A stretch of DNA of 64,000 nucleotides from a virus. The notes below the pieces were generated by a model that did not search any database, had not been told where the DNA came from, and saw only the letters and a program-made list of their open reading frames with translations. The stretch lies in IMG/VR virus record IMGVR_UViG_3300044632_002025. One strand, given 5' to 3'. The position numbers and the translations under genes were made by a program. Position 1 is the stretch's first letter, and the number at the start of each line of letters is the position of its first letter. Positions 33,247 to 40,884 of this stretch are shown piece by piece.

Positions 33247-33870
33247 TTGTTTATGAACACTGATAACTGGTTTATGCTCGTTCCTTCTAGAATAGCCTCC
33301 TCCAAATTAGGGCTTCACCCCCATACCCTTAGAAAATATTTTGATGACGGTTTGATTAAGGGGATTAAAAACCCCGCAGGTCAACGATATTACGATGTTG
33401 AATCCTATTTAGCCGACCCTCTTGACAAACCCTCAGTTATCTGTTATGCTAGGGTTAGTTCAAGAAAACAGTCTGCTGATTTGGCTAGACAGGTCGATTT
33501 CTTGAAATCAGTTTACCCCGATTCGGAGATTATTACAGATGTCGGTTCTGGACTTAACTTCAAAAGAAAAGGTATTCAAACCCTATTGGACAGATTACTC
33601 TCAGGAGATTAGTTCACTCTTGCTATCTCCCACCGAGATAGACTCTGCCGATTCGGATTTGAATTGTTCCAATACCTTTTCCTCAAGAACGGTGGAACAA
33701 TCGTGGTTCTCAACAATACTCAAACAAGTCCCGAACAAGAACTTACCCCCTACTTACTATCAATCCTCCATATTTTCAGTTGCAGAGTCTACGGACTTAG
33801 AAAAAACAACAAAAATATCGAGGAAGATAAGACTTTACCCCGACAAAACTCAACAAAATCTACTGAATGA
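33247..33870 (+). pseudogene. tnpA: IS607-type serine recombinase TnpA interrupted by one in-frame TAG (33610-33612)
   Basis: MerR-like HTH, catalytic YARVSSRKQ..DLARQ, then ...LLSGD*FTLAISHRDRLCRFGFE...SPEQEL...FSCRVYGLRK, all in a single frame. Confidence 0.8.
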
Positions 33871-34969
33871 GCTAATCTCTCAATATCGGTTTGTTTACAA
33901 TAAAACTGTAGATTTGCTGATAAACGGTAAAATTGGGGCTAATTGTGATTTAAAGACTAAGAAAGAAAGAAAAGGTTTGTCAAGCTATGACATCCGTGAC
34001 ACATTCTTTCAATTTTGGTTGGAGAAACACACTTGGTTAACCAATTGCATAAACATAAATACAGTAAAGGAGGCTATCACCGAAGCTATCAATGCCCAAC
34101 AAGTAGGGTTTGCCCAATTAAAAGCGGGGTTAGTTGAAAGGTTTGAGTTAAAATTCAAATCTAGAAAAAAGCCCCGACAAACTATCAACCTAAAAAAGGA
34201 AATACTCTCAGCTAAGGGAGTGTTAGCCCCCCGAAACCTAAAACTAGAAACCCCCCTAAAATCAGACACAAGGGGTAGTTTTGATGGTCTAACCCTCACA
34301 ACTACTGGGGGATTGTTCTACCTAATTTATACTGAAGATATTGCTAATAATCCAGAAGTCGAAAACCAAGACCTAAAGATTGTAGCATTAGACCCTGGTG
34401 TTAGAACTTTCCAAACTATTTTCTCGTCTAATGGGGTTTTCGGTAAATTTGGTCAAGAAGCCATTAAAAGATTGGCTAAACTATGCCATAAAGCAGACAA
34501 AATCCAATCTAAAATAGCTAAAACCAAAAACCAAAGTCGGATTAATTATCTAAGAATGTGGCAACAACGAACCACATTAAAGATAAGAAATCTGAGGAAA
34601 GAACTCCACCACAAAATTAGTAGATTTCTAGTAGATAACTTTGATGTAATCCTGCTACCCTGCTTTAACACCGGTGAAATGGTTAAAAAGAAGGACAGAA
34701 AAATCAATAAATCTACTACCCGTTCAATGTTAAATTTTGGACATTATGAGTTTAAGGAATTATTAAAGTTCAAAGCCAATAAATTTGGTAAAAAACTAAT
34801 AATAGTTTCTGAGGCTTATACCTCCAAAACCGTATCATGGACAGGGGAAATAATAGCTAATCTAGGTGGGAGGAAAGTAATCAAATCTCAGAGTAACGAA
34901 AGTTTAGACAGAGATTTAAATGGAGCCAGAGGAATCCTAATAAAATTCTTAACTGAGCTACCCCAATAG
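33539..34969 (+). CDS. tnpB: TnpB (OrfB) RuvC-like transposon-associated protein; true start uncertain (GTG 33692 possible)
   Basis: RKIRLYPDKTQQNLLNELISQYRFVYNK, ALDPGVRTF (RuvC-I Asp), AYTSKT, DRDLNGARGI (RuvC-III Asp). Confidence 0.8.
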   Translation: MSVLDLTSKEKVFKPYWTDYSQEISSLLLSPTEIDSADSDLNCSNTFSSRTVEQSWFSTILKQVPNKNLPPTYYQSSIFSVAESTDLEKTTKISRKIRLYPDKTQQNLLNELISQYRFVYNKTVDLLINGKIGANCDLKTKKERKGLSSYDIRDTFFQFWLEKHTWLTNCININTVKEAITEAINAQQVGFAQLKAGLVERFELKFKSRKKPRQTINLKKEILSAKGVLAPRNLKLETPLKSDTRGSFDGLTLTTTGGLFYLIYTEDIANNPEVENQDLKIVALDPGVRTFQTIFSSNGVFGKFGQEAIKRLAKLCHKADKIQSKIAKTKNQSRINYLRMWQQRTTLKIRNLRKELHHKISRFLVDNFDVILLPCFNTGEMVKKKDRKINKSTTRSMLNFGHYEFKELLKFKANKFGKKLIIVSEAYTSKTVSWTGEIIANLGGRKVIKSQSNESLDRDLNGARGILIKFLTELPQ

Positions 34970-35041
34970 GGAGTTACTACCCTTACATATTAACGAATGT
35001 TAATGTTTTAGTAACCGTGTTAATGGGCTAGACCCCAGATA

Positions 35042-35206
35042 CTAGAATAATATCTGAAATAGCCATATAATAGAAGCTACACAAATTAATGCCAAAACCC
35101 CATAGACTATATAATTAAGCAAAATTAGTCTGGAAATCACATTCAAGTTTTCCCAAACCAGCCAAGATACTACAAGGGTTAGTGCGATGAAACCTAAAGC
35201 CAACAT
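35042..35206 (-). CDS. 54-aa two-TM membrane protein (not in ORF track)
   Basis: ATG preceded by GAGG at -7. MLALGFIALTLVVSWLVWENLNVISRLILLNYIVYGVLALICVASIIWLFQILF. Confidence 0.4.
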   Translation of the reverse strand: MLALGFIALTLVVSWLVWENLNVISRLILLNYIVYGVLALICVASIIWLFQILF

Positions 35207-35300
35207 ATAGATAACCTCAAAGTCTAAATTGTTTAGGGGTTATTGCCCCTGTTTATAGGGTATACGGTTTATCAGAGTTTGTCAAGGGTTTTGCAAAACT

Positions 35301-37181
35301 TTATTCCATCCCCGAAACCATAGATTTAACTTCCTCTAGGGGGATTTCCAACTTCTGCGATAATTCAGCCATTAAGGTATCTAAAATCCCTTGTAGGTTA
35401 TCTCCTCCCTCAACATACCCTACACCGTTTAGAACCTCAACTACAGTAGCATCAGTAGCCATAGCTAAAGCACTTGCCACTTCCTGGATTTGCATATCAA
35501 GGTCAACTGCTACCGTGGCTCCTGTTTCACCTTCAGCTTCAGCTTCTGGTTCTGCTTCTGCCTGAATCTCTTGCATATTTCGCATTTGTTCAGATATGTT
35601 TTCCCATTCTGCTTCAGGGTCAAATCCTAACAATTCTTGTGCTGTCTTAACTGATACAATCTGATTCAGGACTAAAGAACTTAATTCCTCCATAGATAGT
35701 TCAAAATGTTCTTCTGGTTTGAAAGATTCCTTAGTTTCATTTTGAATAGTATTTTGTTCATCAATAGAAGCATTAGGAGTTAAAGCTCGTTGTAAATCTT
35801 CAGTTACCAATCTCATCGCAGTGTCAGCGATTGGTGTTTCTAGTTTCTCCAATCGGGCAAGGCGGTCTACCTTAGCATCAACAGAATCTAGAACGAACTC
35901 ATTCAACCCTGAAACTGAAATCATTTCGGCTTTATCAGGGGGTAAACCGTGGGCTAAGGCTACCAACTTATAACAGTTCTCTAGGAATCTTAACAATTCC
36001 TCACCATAGGCGGTCAAAGCTTGTTCTTGGCTGATAAAGTCCATACTTTTGGCCACACCCGACTCTTGCATTGGTCTATCAGTACCAGCAGAAATACCGT
36101 TACTAAATACTAAATCTTTGATTCTAGATTCAATACCTTGTAAATAGCCTGTAATAGTGGAAATCGCTGAACCAGTAGTCTCATTAAAGCTAAATCCTGA
36201 CCCAATCAAAACTCTATGATTACCAGTTTGTTGTTTGGCTTCTTCAATGTCCACCATTTTATCAACAGTTTCCGCCATCGGAGTAAATAGTCTTTGAATC
36301 TGTCCAGCCAAATTAGCAGTATAGGAAAGATTATTGTGAACTCGGATGTGTTCTAGAACCAAATAAATGGCTTCTTTGACTACCCATAGATTCTCTGGGG
36401 CTTGAATCTTAACTACCGGAATACTATCTCTACCATGTTCAATAGTTGATTTCTTACTGACCATGTATTCTTTAGTTTCTAAGTCTAAACCCATGACAGG
36501 ACTAGGTGTACCATCTTTTGCTAATTCTACTGGACACGAATAAATATTTATTTCTTTATCATCAATAAAAGTCCAGTTTAGGTATACTCTAGGAATACCC
36601 ACTGGGTCATATTCAGTCATTAACTCTCTAATTTTTATCCATTGTAACCGTCCATCCTTTTCGTCATAGTGGACTACTTTACAGGGGTCATATAGGGCAA
36701 TATAAGGCATTAAACCTTGTTCATCTTGTTCCTTACGGTTTTTAGGTAGGTTCTCAGTATATTCAATATCAATTACTGCATAAACTCGTTCATACTTCAA
36801 AAGTCTGTAAAATACTTCTTTAATAAAGTTCTTTTCTTTTTGGTTATTTCCATTTACGGATTCCCTAAATTTAGCCCAGAACTTCCCCTCGTCTCCCTGA
36901 GTTCCCAAACCATTAATAACATGATTTGAAGCAGTCATCCGATTCATTAATTGGGCTAAACATTGCCCTAAAATAGGTGTGTAGGTAAAAATCTTTTTGC
37001 GGTACTTATAGACTTCTGCATCCTCATCTGGCTTTTTGCAGAGGTATTTCTCCAGATTTTCCCTAATCTGATTACCCCCCGCTAACAAATCGTCAGCAGT
37101 CTCATAGATGTATTTTTTAGCCAGTACATCGGGGTGATAAGTTTCTAACTGATTAAACGGGACTTTCTCAGGGTATCGCAT
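35301..37181 (-). CDS. portal protein
   Basis: 626 aa immediately downstream of TerL, with an acidic C-terminus. Assigned by position and size. Confidence 0.6.
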   Translation of the reverse strand: MRYPEKVPFNQLETYHPDVLAKKYIYETADDLLAGGNQIRENLEKYLCKKPDEDAEVYKYRKKIFTYTPILGQCLAQLMNRMTASNHVINGLGTQGDEGKFWAKFRESVNGNNQKEKNFIKEVFYRLLKYERVYAVIDIEYTENLPKNRKEQDEQGLMPYIALYDPCKVVHYDEKDGRLQWIKIRELMTEYDPVGIPRVYLNWTFIDDKEINIYSCPVELAKDGTPSPVMGLDLETKEYMVSKKSTIEHGRDSIPVVKIQAPENLWVVKEAIYLVLEHIRVHNNLSYTANLAGQIQRLFTPMAETVDKMVDIEEAKQQTGNHRVLIGSGFSFNETTGSAISTITGYLQGIESRIKDLVFSNGISAGTDRPMQESGVAKSMDFISQEQALTAYGEELLRFLENCYKLVALAHGLPPDKAEMISVSGLNEFVLDSVDAKVDRLARLEKLETPIADTAMRLVTEDLQRALTPNASIDEQNTIQNETKESFKPEEHFELSMEELSSLVLNQIVSVKTAQELLGFDPEAEWENISEQMRNMQEIQAEAEPEAEAEGETGATVAVDLDMQIQEVASALAMATDATVVEVLNGVGYVEGGDNLQGILDTLMAELSQKLEIPLEEVKSMVSGME

Positions 37182-37237
37182 AGGGTGGGCGGGGTTAGGT
37201 CTTCTACTTAGGTCATGAGCGTCCCTACCCTCGCCCC

Positions 37238-39013
37238 TTAATAGCCAGAATTATAATTTCCGTAGAGACTATCATCTTGGGGGACACTGGGTATTAGGGT
37301 ATTTGCACCCATACTATCGATGATATTCTCAATATTCCGATGCTCCAAAGTAGCCAAAACGTAACGTAAAGCATCGCAAAAATGGTCTCTTTGCCCTTCA
37401 GCCACTTTCTCGGTAACATTCCCTTCTTTAGACTCTCGGTGATATGCAGTCATGTCCTCAAAAACCCTTTTACAGGATTTGGCAATAAAAAGTTTATCTT
37501 GGTGTAATAAAGTGTTAACCACCCCATTACCTTCTGATACCCTATTATAGCCCTCCATTAACTTGGGAACACCCGCTTTTCTCATGGTTAAAATTCTTCC
37601 CGGTTGTGACGGGTCAGCATATCCACGGTTGACACCATGCGTTCTGGCTAACTCAATGGCTTTCTCATTGTGGACTCGTTGTTCAATGGCCGCTTTAGGG
37701 TTGGGATTTTCCCAACAATCAATCACAAAATAAGCGGCTCCCCGTCTTCCCACCACTACTAGGGCAGGATTCACATCTCCCCAGTCCACTCCGATATATA
37801 CTTGGTCAAATTTTGTCGGTAAATCGTCATCATCCAGTAAGTGTCTCTTATCTAAATCTGAGAATATCTGACCATCAAAAGATTCCCAAGATGCTAAAAA
37901 TTCTTGTCTAAAGATTTTTTCGGGTAATGACTCTTTGGTTCTTTGGATTTCATCAAGGGGAATAAAGGGATTATCATAAACTGTTTTTAAAAAACTAGCC
38001 CAATTAGGAACTTCACCACCTTGTAGGTAAAGACTATGGAAAAATGTACCTGCCCCCTTGGGCGTACCAATAATTAGAGATGTACTATTTTTAGTATCAA
38101 CTAAAGCAGGGCGAATCACTTCCGTCCATACAATAGGTTTTATATCTTGCATCTCATCTAATCCAGCAAAATATATCTTCAACCCCCGCATATTGTCGCC
38201 GTTATCTTCATTGGCTCCTCTGAGGATGATGTCTGGTTTATTTCCTTTAAAAACGATTCTGCATTCAGACTTAAAAATTCTTTTAACTGCTGGGTGTCCA
38301 TCTAGAATATTTACAAGTGGTTCCCAGTGGATTTGTTTAGCCTGTTTTAAGCTAGGCATAACGAGCAAAACGACGGGGGGTGAAGCTTTATCATAGTTGC
38401 CGTTGTAATTAATAGCCCTTTCGATTAAAGTAGTTAATAGTAGCCTGGAATTATGGGTAGGGATGTTACTTTTACTACATAGGAAAATCCCTCCTTCTAC
38501 TTGAATACACTTAGTTCGATGTCTTCCAACAGGGATTACATCGGCTATAAAAAAGCTTTCCCACGGATGCAAAATTTTACGAGGAACAGATAAATTAAGT
38601 TTTTTACTTCCCTTTTGAATGTTTTGATGGTAATAGAATATTTCCTCAGTAGTCCATGTGTTAGACTCTAACTTACGGTTTAGCTCCAAAACCCACTCAT
38701 GGTTTTTCCCTGCTCTGATAACCTGTCCATTTTCAAAGACAATATCGTAGCAATCATCTTCAAATACCTCGGTAGCCGCTAAAACTTTTACAGGTAAACC
38801 CTGTTCATTATATACAGTGTCCCCAGTGAAAATTTTCTTAATCGGTTTATAACCATTTTTGGTCAAAATAGGGGTGTTTTCTTCTAAATTTTTCCCAAAT
38901 CTCCTCGATGAAACCAAAACCTTGAATCTGGCAGGGTCTCCGAATACTTCTTGTTGTCCCGGGTGTAAATATAATTTTAATTTTCCAGGTTTTGCCATTA
39001 TCTCTACGCTCAA
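37238..39013 (-). CDS. terL: terminase large subunit, intein-containing
   Basis: Walker A SSRRFGK|S is reconstituted after removing aa 42-188. Also Walker B IYFAGLDE and nuclease motifs IGVDWGD and DHFCDALRY. Confidence 0.85.
   Translation of the reverse strand: MSVEIMAKPGKLKLYLHPGQQEVFGDPARFKVLVSSRRFGKNLEENTPILTKNGYKPIKKIFTGDTVYNEQGLPVKVLAATEVFEDDCYDIVFENGQVIRAGKNHEWVLELNRKLESNTWTTEEIFYYHQNIQKGSKKLNLSVPRKILHPWESFFIADVIPVGRHRTKCIQVEGGIFLCSKSNIPTHNSRLLLTTLIERAINYNGNYDKASPPVVLLVMPSLKQAKQIHWEPLVNILDGHPAVKRIFKSECRIVFKGNKPDIILRGANEDNGDNMRGLKIYFAGLDEMQDIKPIVWTEVIRPALVDTKNSTSLIIGTPKGAGTFFHSLYLQGGEVPNWASFLKTVYDNPFIPLDEIQRTKESLPEKIFRQEFLASWESFDGQIFSDLDKRHLLDDDDLPTKFDQVYIGVDWGDVNPALVVVGRRGAAYFVIDCWENPNPKAAIEQRVHNEKAIELARTHGVNRGYADPSQPGRILTMRKAGVPKLMEGYNRVSEGNGVVNTLLHQDKLFIAKSCKRVFEDMTAYHRESKEGNVTEKVAEGQRDHFCDALRYVLATLEHRNIENIIDSMGANTLIPSVPQDDSLYGNYNSGY
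38450..38890 (-). other. 147-aa class-3 mini-intein inserted in the TerL P-loop
   Basis: NLEENTPILT...GKNHEW (block B His and Trp)...TKCIQVEGG (block F Cys)...IPTHN|S (block G Thr-His-Asn, +1 Ser). Confidence 0.75.
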
Positions 39014-39029
39014 TCGCTTCTGTCTTAGA

Positions 39030-39038
39030 TTGGGCGAT
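39030..39038 (-). promoter_or_regulatory. start-associated motif core (ATCGCCCAA on minus strand)
   Basis: 17 nt upstream of the terL ATG 39013. Confidence 0.35.
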
Positions 39039-39106
39039 GGGGGCTTACCCTAGCGATAAGATTTACTTATACTTCATTGATAGCTTTTTCTTACGGATAA
39101 AATATG

Positions 39107-39135
39107 TTGACAAACCAATAAGCGGTATGTTATGT
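39107..39135 (+). promoter_or_regulatory. sigma70-type promoter TTGACA-N17-TTATGT
   Basis: Upstream of the MazG-like gene. Confidence 0.45.
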
Positions 39136-39169
39136 TGGGAACATACAGACCTTAAAGACCTAAAAACCT

Positions 39170-39751
39170 ATGCGATTTGAATTAACACCAGAAAATTTGG
39201 CTTACCTAGACTCATATATGGAGTTTACGGACTCTACAGCAGTTTACCCCGATGAAGTAGCCCTGACTTATTCCATTCTGGGTTTGGTTAATGAGTTAGC
39301 TGAAACCATCGAGTGCTATAATGACCAAATAGCTCAAGATGACACTAACCTTAAGGCAATCGCCCTAGAACTGGGGGACGTAGTTTACTACTTGTGTCGA
39401 ATAGTTAAGCACCTGGGACTCCCCCCACTGTCCACCTTATTTTCACAATACTCTTTGGGCAAACCAGATTCGGTTTCTTCATTGAGATTGAGTAAAGTGT
39501 TTGAAAGAGCGGTAATTTTTGCTGGCTCCCTCGCTAGTATTCACAAAAAACAACTACGGGGTGATGAAGCATACCAATCCCCAGCTATCTTACAGTCTAA
39601 GATGCGGGTAATGCCCCTGTTCGTCATTCTTGATGAGTTATCCTGCCTGTTCGGGTTTAACAACCTTCTCAGTGTAATGAACATGAACATGGCAAAGCTA
39701 TCTGCCCGAAAATTGGCAGGTACTATTAAAGGGGATGGAGATTATCGCTAA
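39170..39751 (+). CDS. mazG: MazG-like nucleoside triphosphate pyrophosphohydrolase
   Basis: LGLVNELAETIE and ELGDVVYYL motifs. Confidence 0.6.
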   Translation: MRFELTPENLAYLDSYMEFTDSTAVYPDEVALTYSILGLVNELAETIECYNDQIAQDDTNLKAIALELGDVVYYLCRIVKHLGLPPLSTLFSQYSLGKPDSVSSLRLSKVFERAVIFAGSLASIHKKQLRGDEAYQSPAILQSKMRVMPLFVILDELSCLFGFNNLLSVMNMNMAKLSARKLAGTIKGDGDYR

Positions 39752-39774
39752 TTAAACTGACTCAACTTTAATAA

Positions 39775-39802
39775 CCCTAGCCTAGCTAGGGATTTTTTTT
39801 TT
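39775..39802 (+). terminator. rho-independent terminator CCCTAG-cctag-CTAGGG-A-T10
   Basis: Hairpin plus T10. Confidence 0.7.
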
Positions 39803-39810
39803 GTTGGGGG

Positions 39811-39840
39811 TTGACAAACCCATAAAGGCTAAGTTATACT
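39811..39840 (+). promoter_or_regulatory. promoter TTGACAAACCCATAAAGGCTAAGTTATACT
   Basis: -35/-10 with an 18-nt spacer. Duplicated at 40700-40729. Confidence 0.65.
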
Positions 39841-39874
39841 GTTAAAGTAATCAGAAAACACTAAAGAGGTAAAT

Positions 39875-40714
39875 ATGGAAATCGTAAAACCCACAACTGT
39901 TAAAGTCCCCGAATTAGATATGGAATTGCAATTTTTTGTCAGTGCAGACGGGAAAACCTGTGGCATGAGTCAGTCTGCGTTAGCCCGATTATGTGGAGTT
40001 CAACGTGGGAGTATGTTCTCAGAGGGTCGGGTTATCGCAAATCTTTCTCAAGAAACCCCCGAATCAAAAACAGTCCCAGAATGCTTGAAACCCTTCCAAG
40101 GTAAGGTTTTCTCCCAGACGCTGAAAGGGGATTGCGACAGTGTTAATCTTGCGAACATTGTCAACAGTAAAGCCGCCGCCGCTATCATTTCCTATTACGG
40201 TTTTGAATCAAAAGCCGCTAATCCAGTGGCTCGAAAAAGTCTTTTAGCTTTTGCTTCAATCGGAATCGACACATGGATTAAATCTGTCACTGGTTATGTC
40301 TCTGACTCAGACCGTCTGGCTAACATTGAAATGGTCATGACGGGTTTAGTTGGTGAAGTACGGGAAATGCGAGAAGAAATCCGTGACTTCAAAAAAGTAG
40401 TCACGGTCTATCCTAAAATCGATGGGTGGAAAAATGGACTAAAAGGTTTGCCCTTTTATCTGCCGGAAGATTTCTCCCTAAAAGATTACCTAGAAGCAAA
40501 GGCTTTAGACTTCACTAACACAGAGTTCCGCAAAATCCGCCTTCAAGTTGCTCAAGCATGGGAAACCTTAATGGGTGAAAAACCCCCAAAACGCCATGTC
40601 TACGGGTTAAAAAACGGCAAGAAAAAACGAATCAGCACTGAGTATTTCTACCGACGGGAAGACATCCCGATGATTGAGGAAATTCTTTTGGGTTTAGACT
40701 TGACAAACCCATAA
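39875..40714 (+). CDS. hypothetical DNA-binding-like protein
   Basis: Intact ORF. N-terminus GMSQSALARLCGV is HTH-like. Confidence 0.4.
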   Translation: MEIVKPTTVKVPELDMELQFFVSADGKTCGMSQSALARLCGVQRGSMFSEGRVIANLSQETPESKTVPECLKPFQGKVFSQTLKGDCDSVNLANIVNSKAAAAIISYYGFESKAANPVARKSLLAFASIGIDTWIKSVTGYVSDSDRLANIEMVMTGLVGEVREMREEIRDFKKVVTVYPKIDGWKNGLKGLPFYLPEDFSLKDYLEAKALDFTNTEFRKIRLQVAQAWETLMGEKPPKRHVYGLKNGKKKRISTEYFYRREDIPMIEEILLGLDLTNP

Positions 40715-40729
40715 CGGCTAAGTTATAAT
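40700..40729 (+). promoter_or_regulatory. promoter TTGACAAACCCATAACGGCTAAGTTATAAT (drives the tRNA)
   Basis: Copy of 39811-39840. Overlaps the last codons of the upstream ORF. Confidence 0.65.
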
Positions 40730-40754
40730 AAAGAGGTCTGGAGCAAAAGACCTT

Positions 40755-40826
40755 CTGGGTTTAGCTTATCGGATAAGCACCGTCCTCATAAGACGGCATA
40801 GGTGGGTTCGACTCCCACAACCCAGA
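40755..40826 (+). tRNA. tRNA with CAU anticodon (Met elongator or Ile2/lysidine type); no encoded CCA
   Basis: Hand fold: acceptor CTGGGTT/AACCCAG, D stem GCTT/AAGC, anticodon stem CCGTC/GACGG with loop CTCATAA, T arm GTGGG-TTCGACT-CCCAC. Confidence 0.85.
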
Positions 40827-40851
40827 TTTGTTCCTTGTTTGGTTTATTTAA

Positions 40852-40876
40852 CCCCCTAGAGTATAGGGGGTTTTTT
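40852..40876 (+). terminator. rho-independent terminator CCCCCTA-gagta-TAGGGGG-T6
   Basis: Hairpin plus T6 after the tRNA. Confidence 0.75.
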
Positions 40877-40884
40877 CTTGCCTG

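Larger units (their letters stand above)
33219..35040 (+). mobile_element. IS607-family insertion sequence (tnpA pseudogene plus tnpB); exact ends not determined
   Basis: Serine-recombinase tnpA followed by an overlapping tnpB. Bounded by phage motif 33201-33218 and phage ORF 35042-35206. Subterminal repeats CATATTTGTTTA x2 (33229-33265). Confidence 0.65.

Noticed and set aside
33610-33612. Genome-wide TAG recoding as the explanation for the in-frame amber codon in tnpA
   Set aside because: TAG is used as a genuine stop by several long phage genes (for example 19944-19946 and 29652-29654, immediately followed by intergenic motifs), and no CUA-anticodon tRNA was found.
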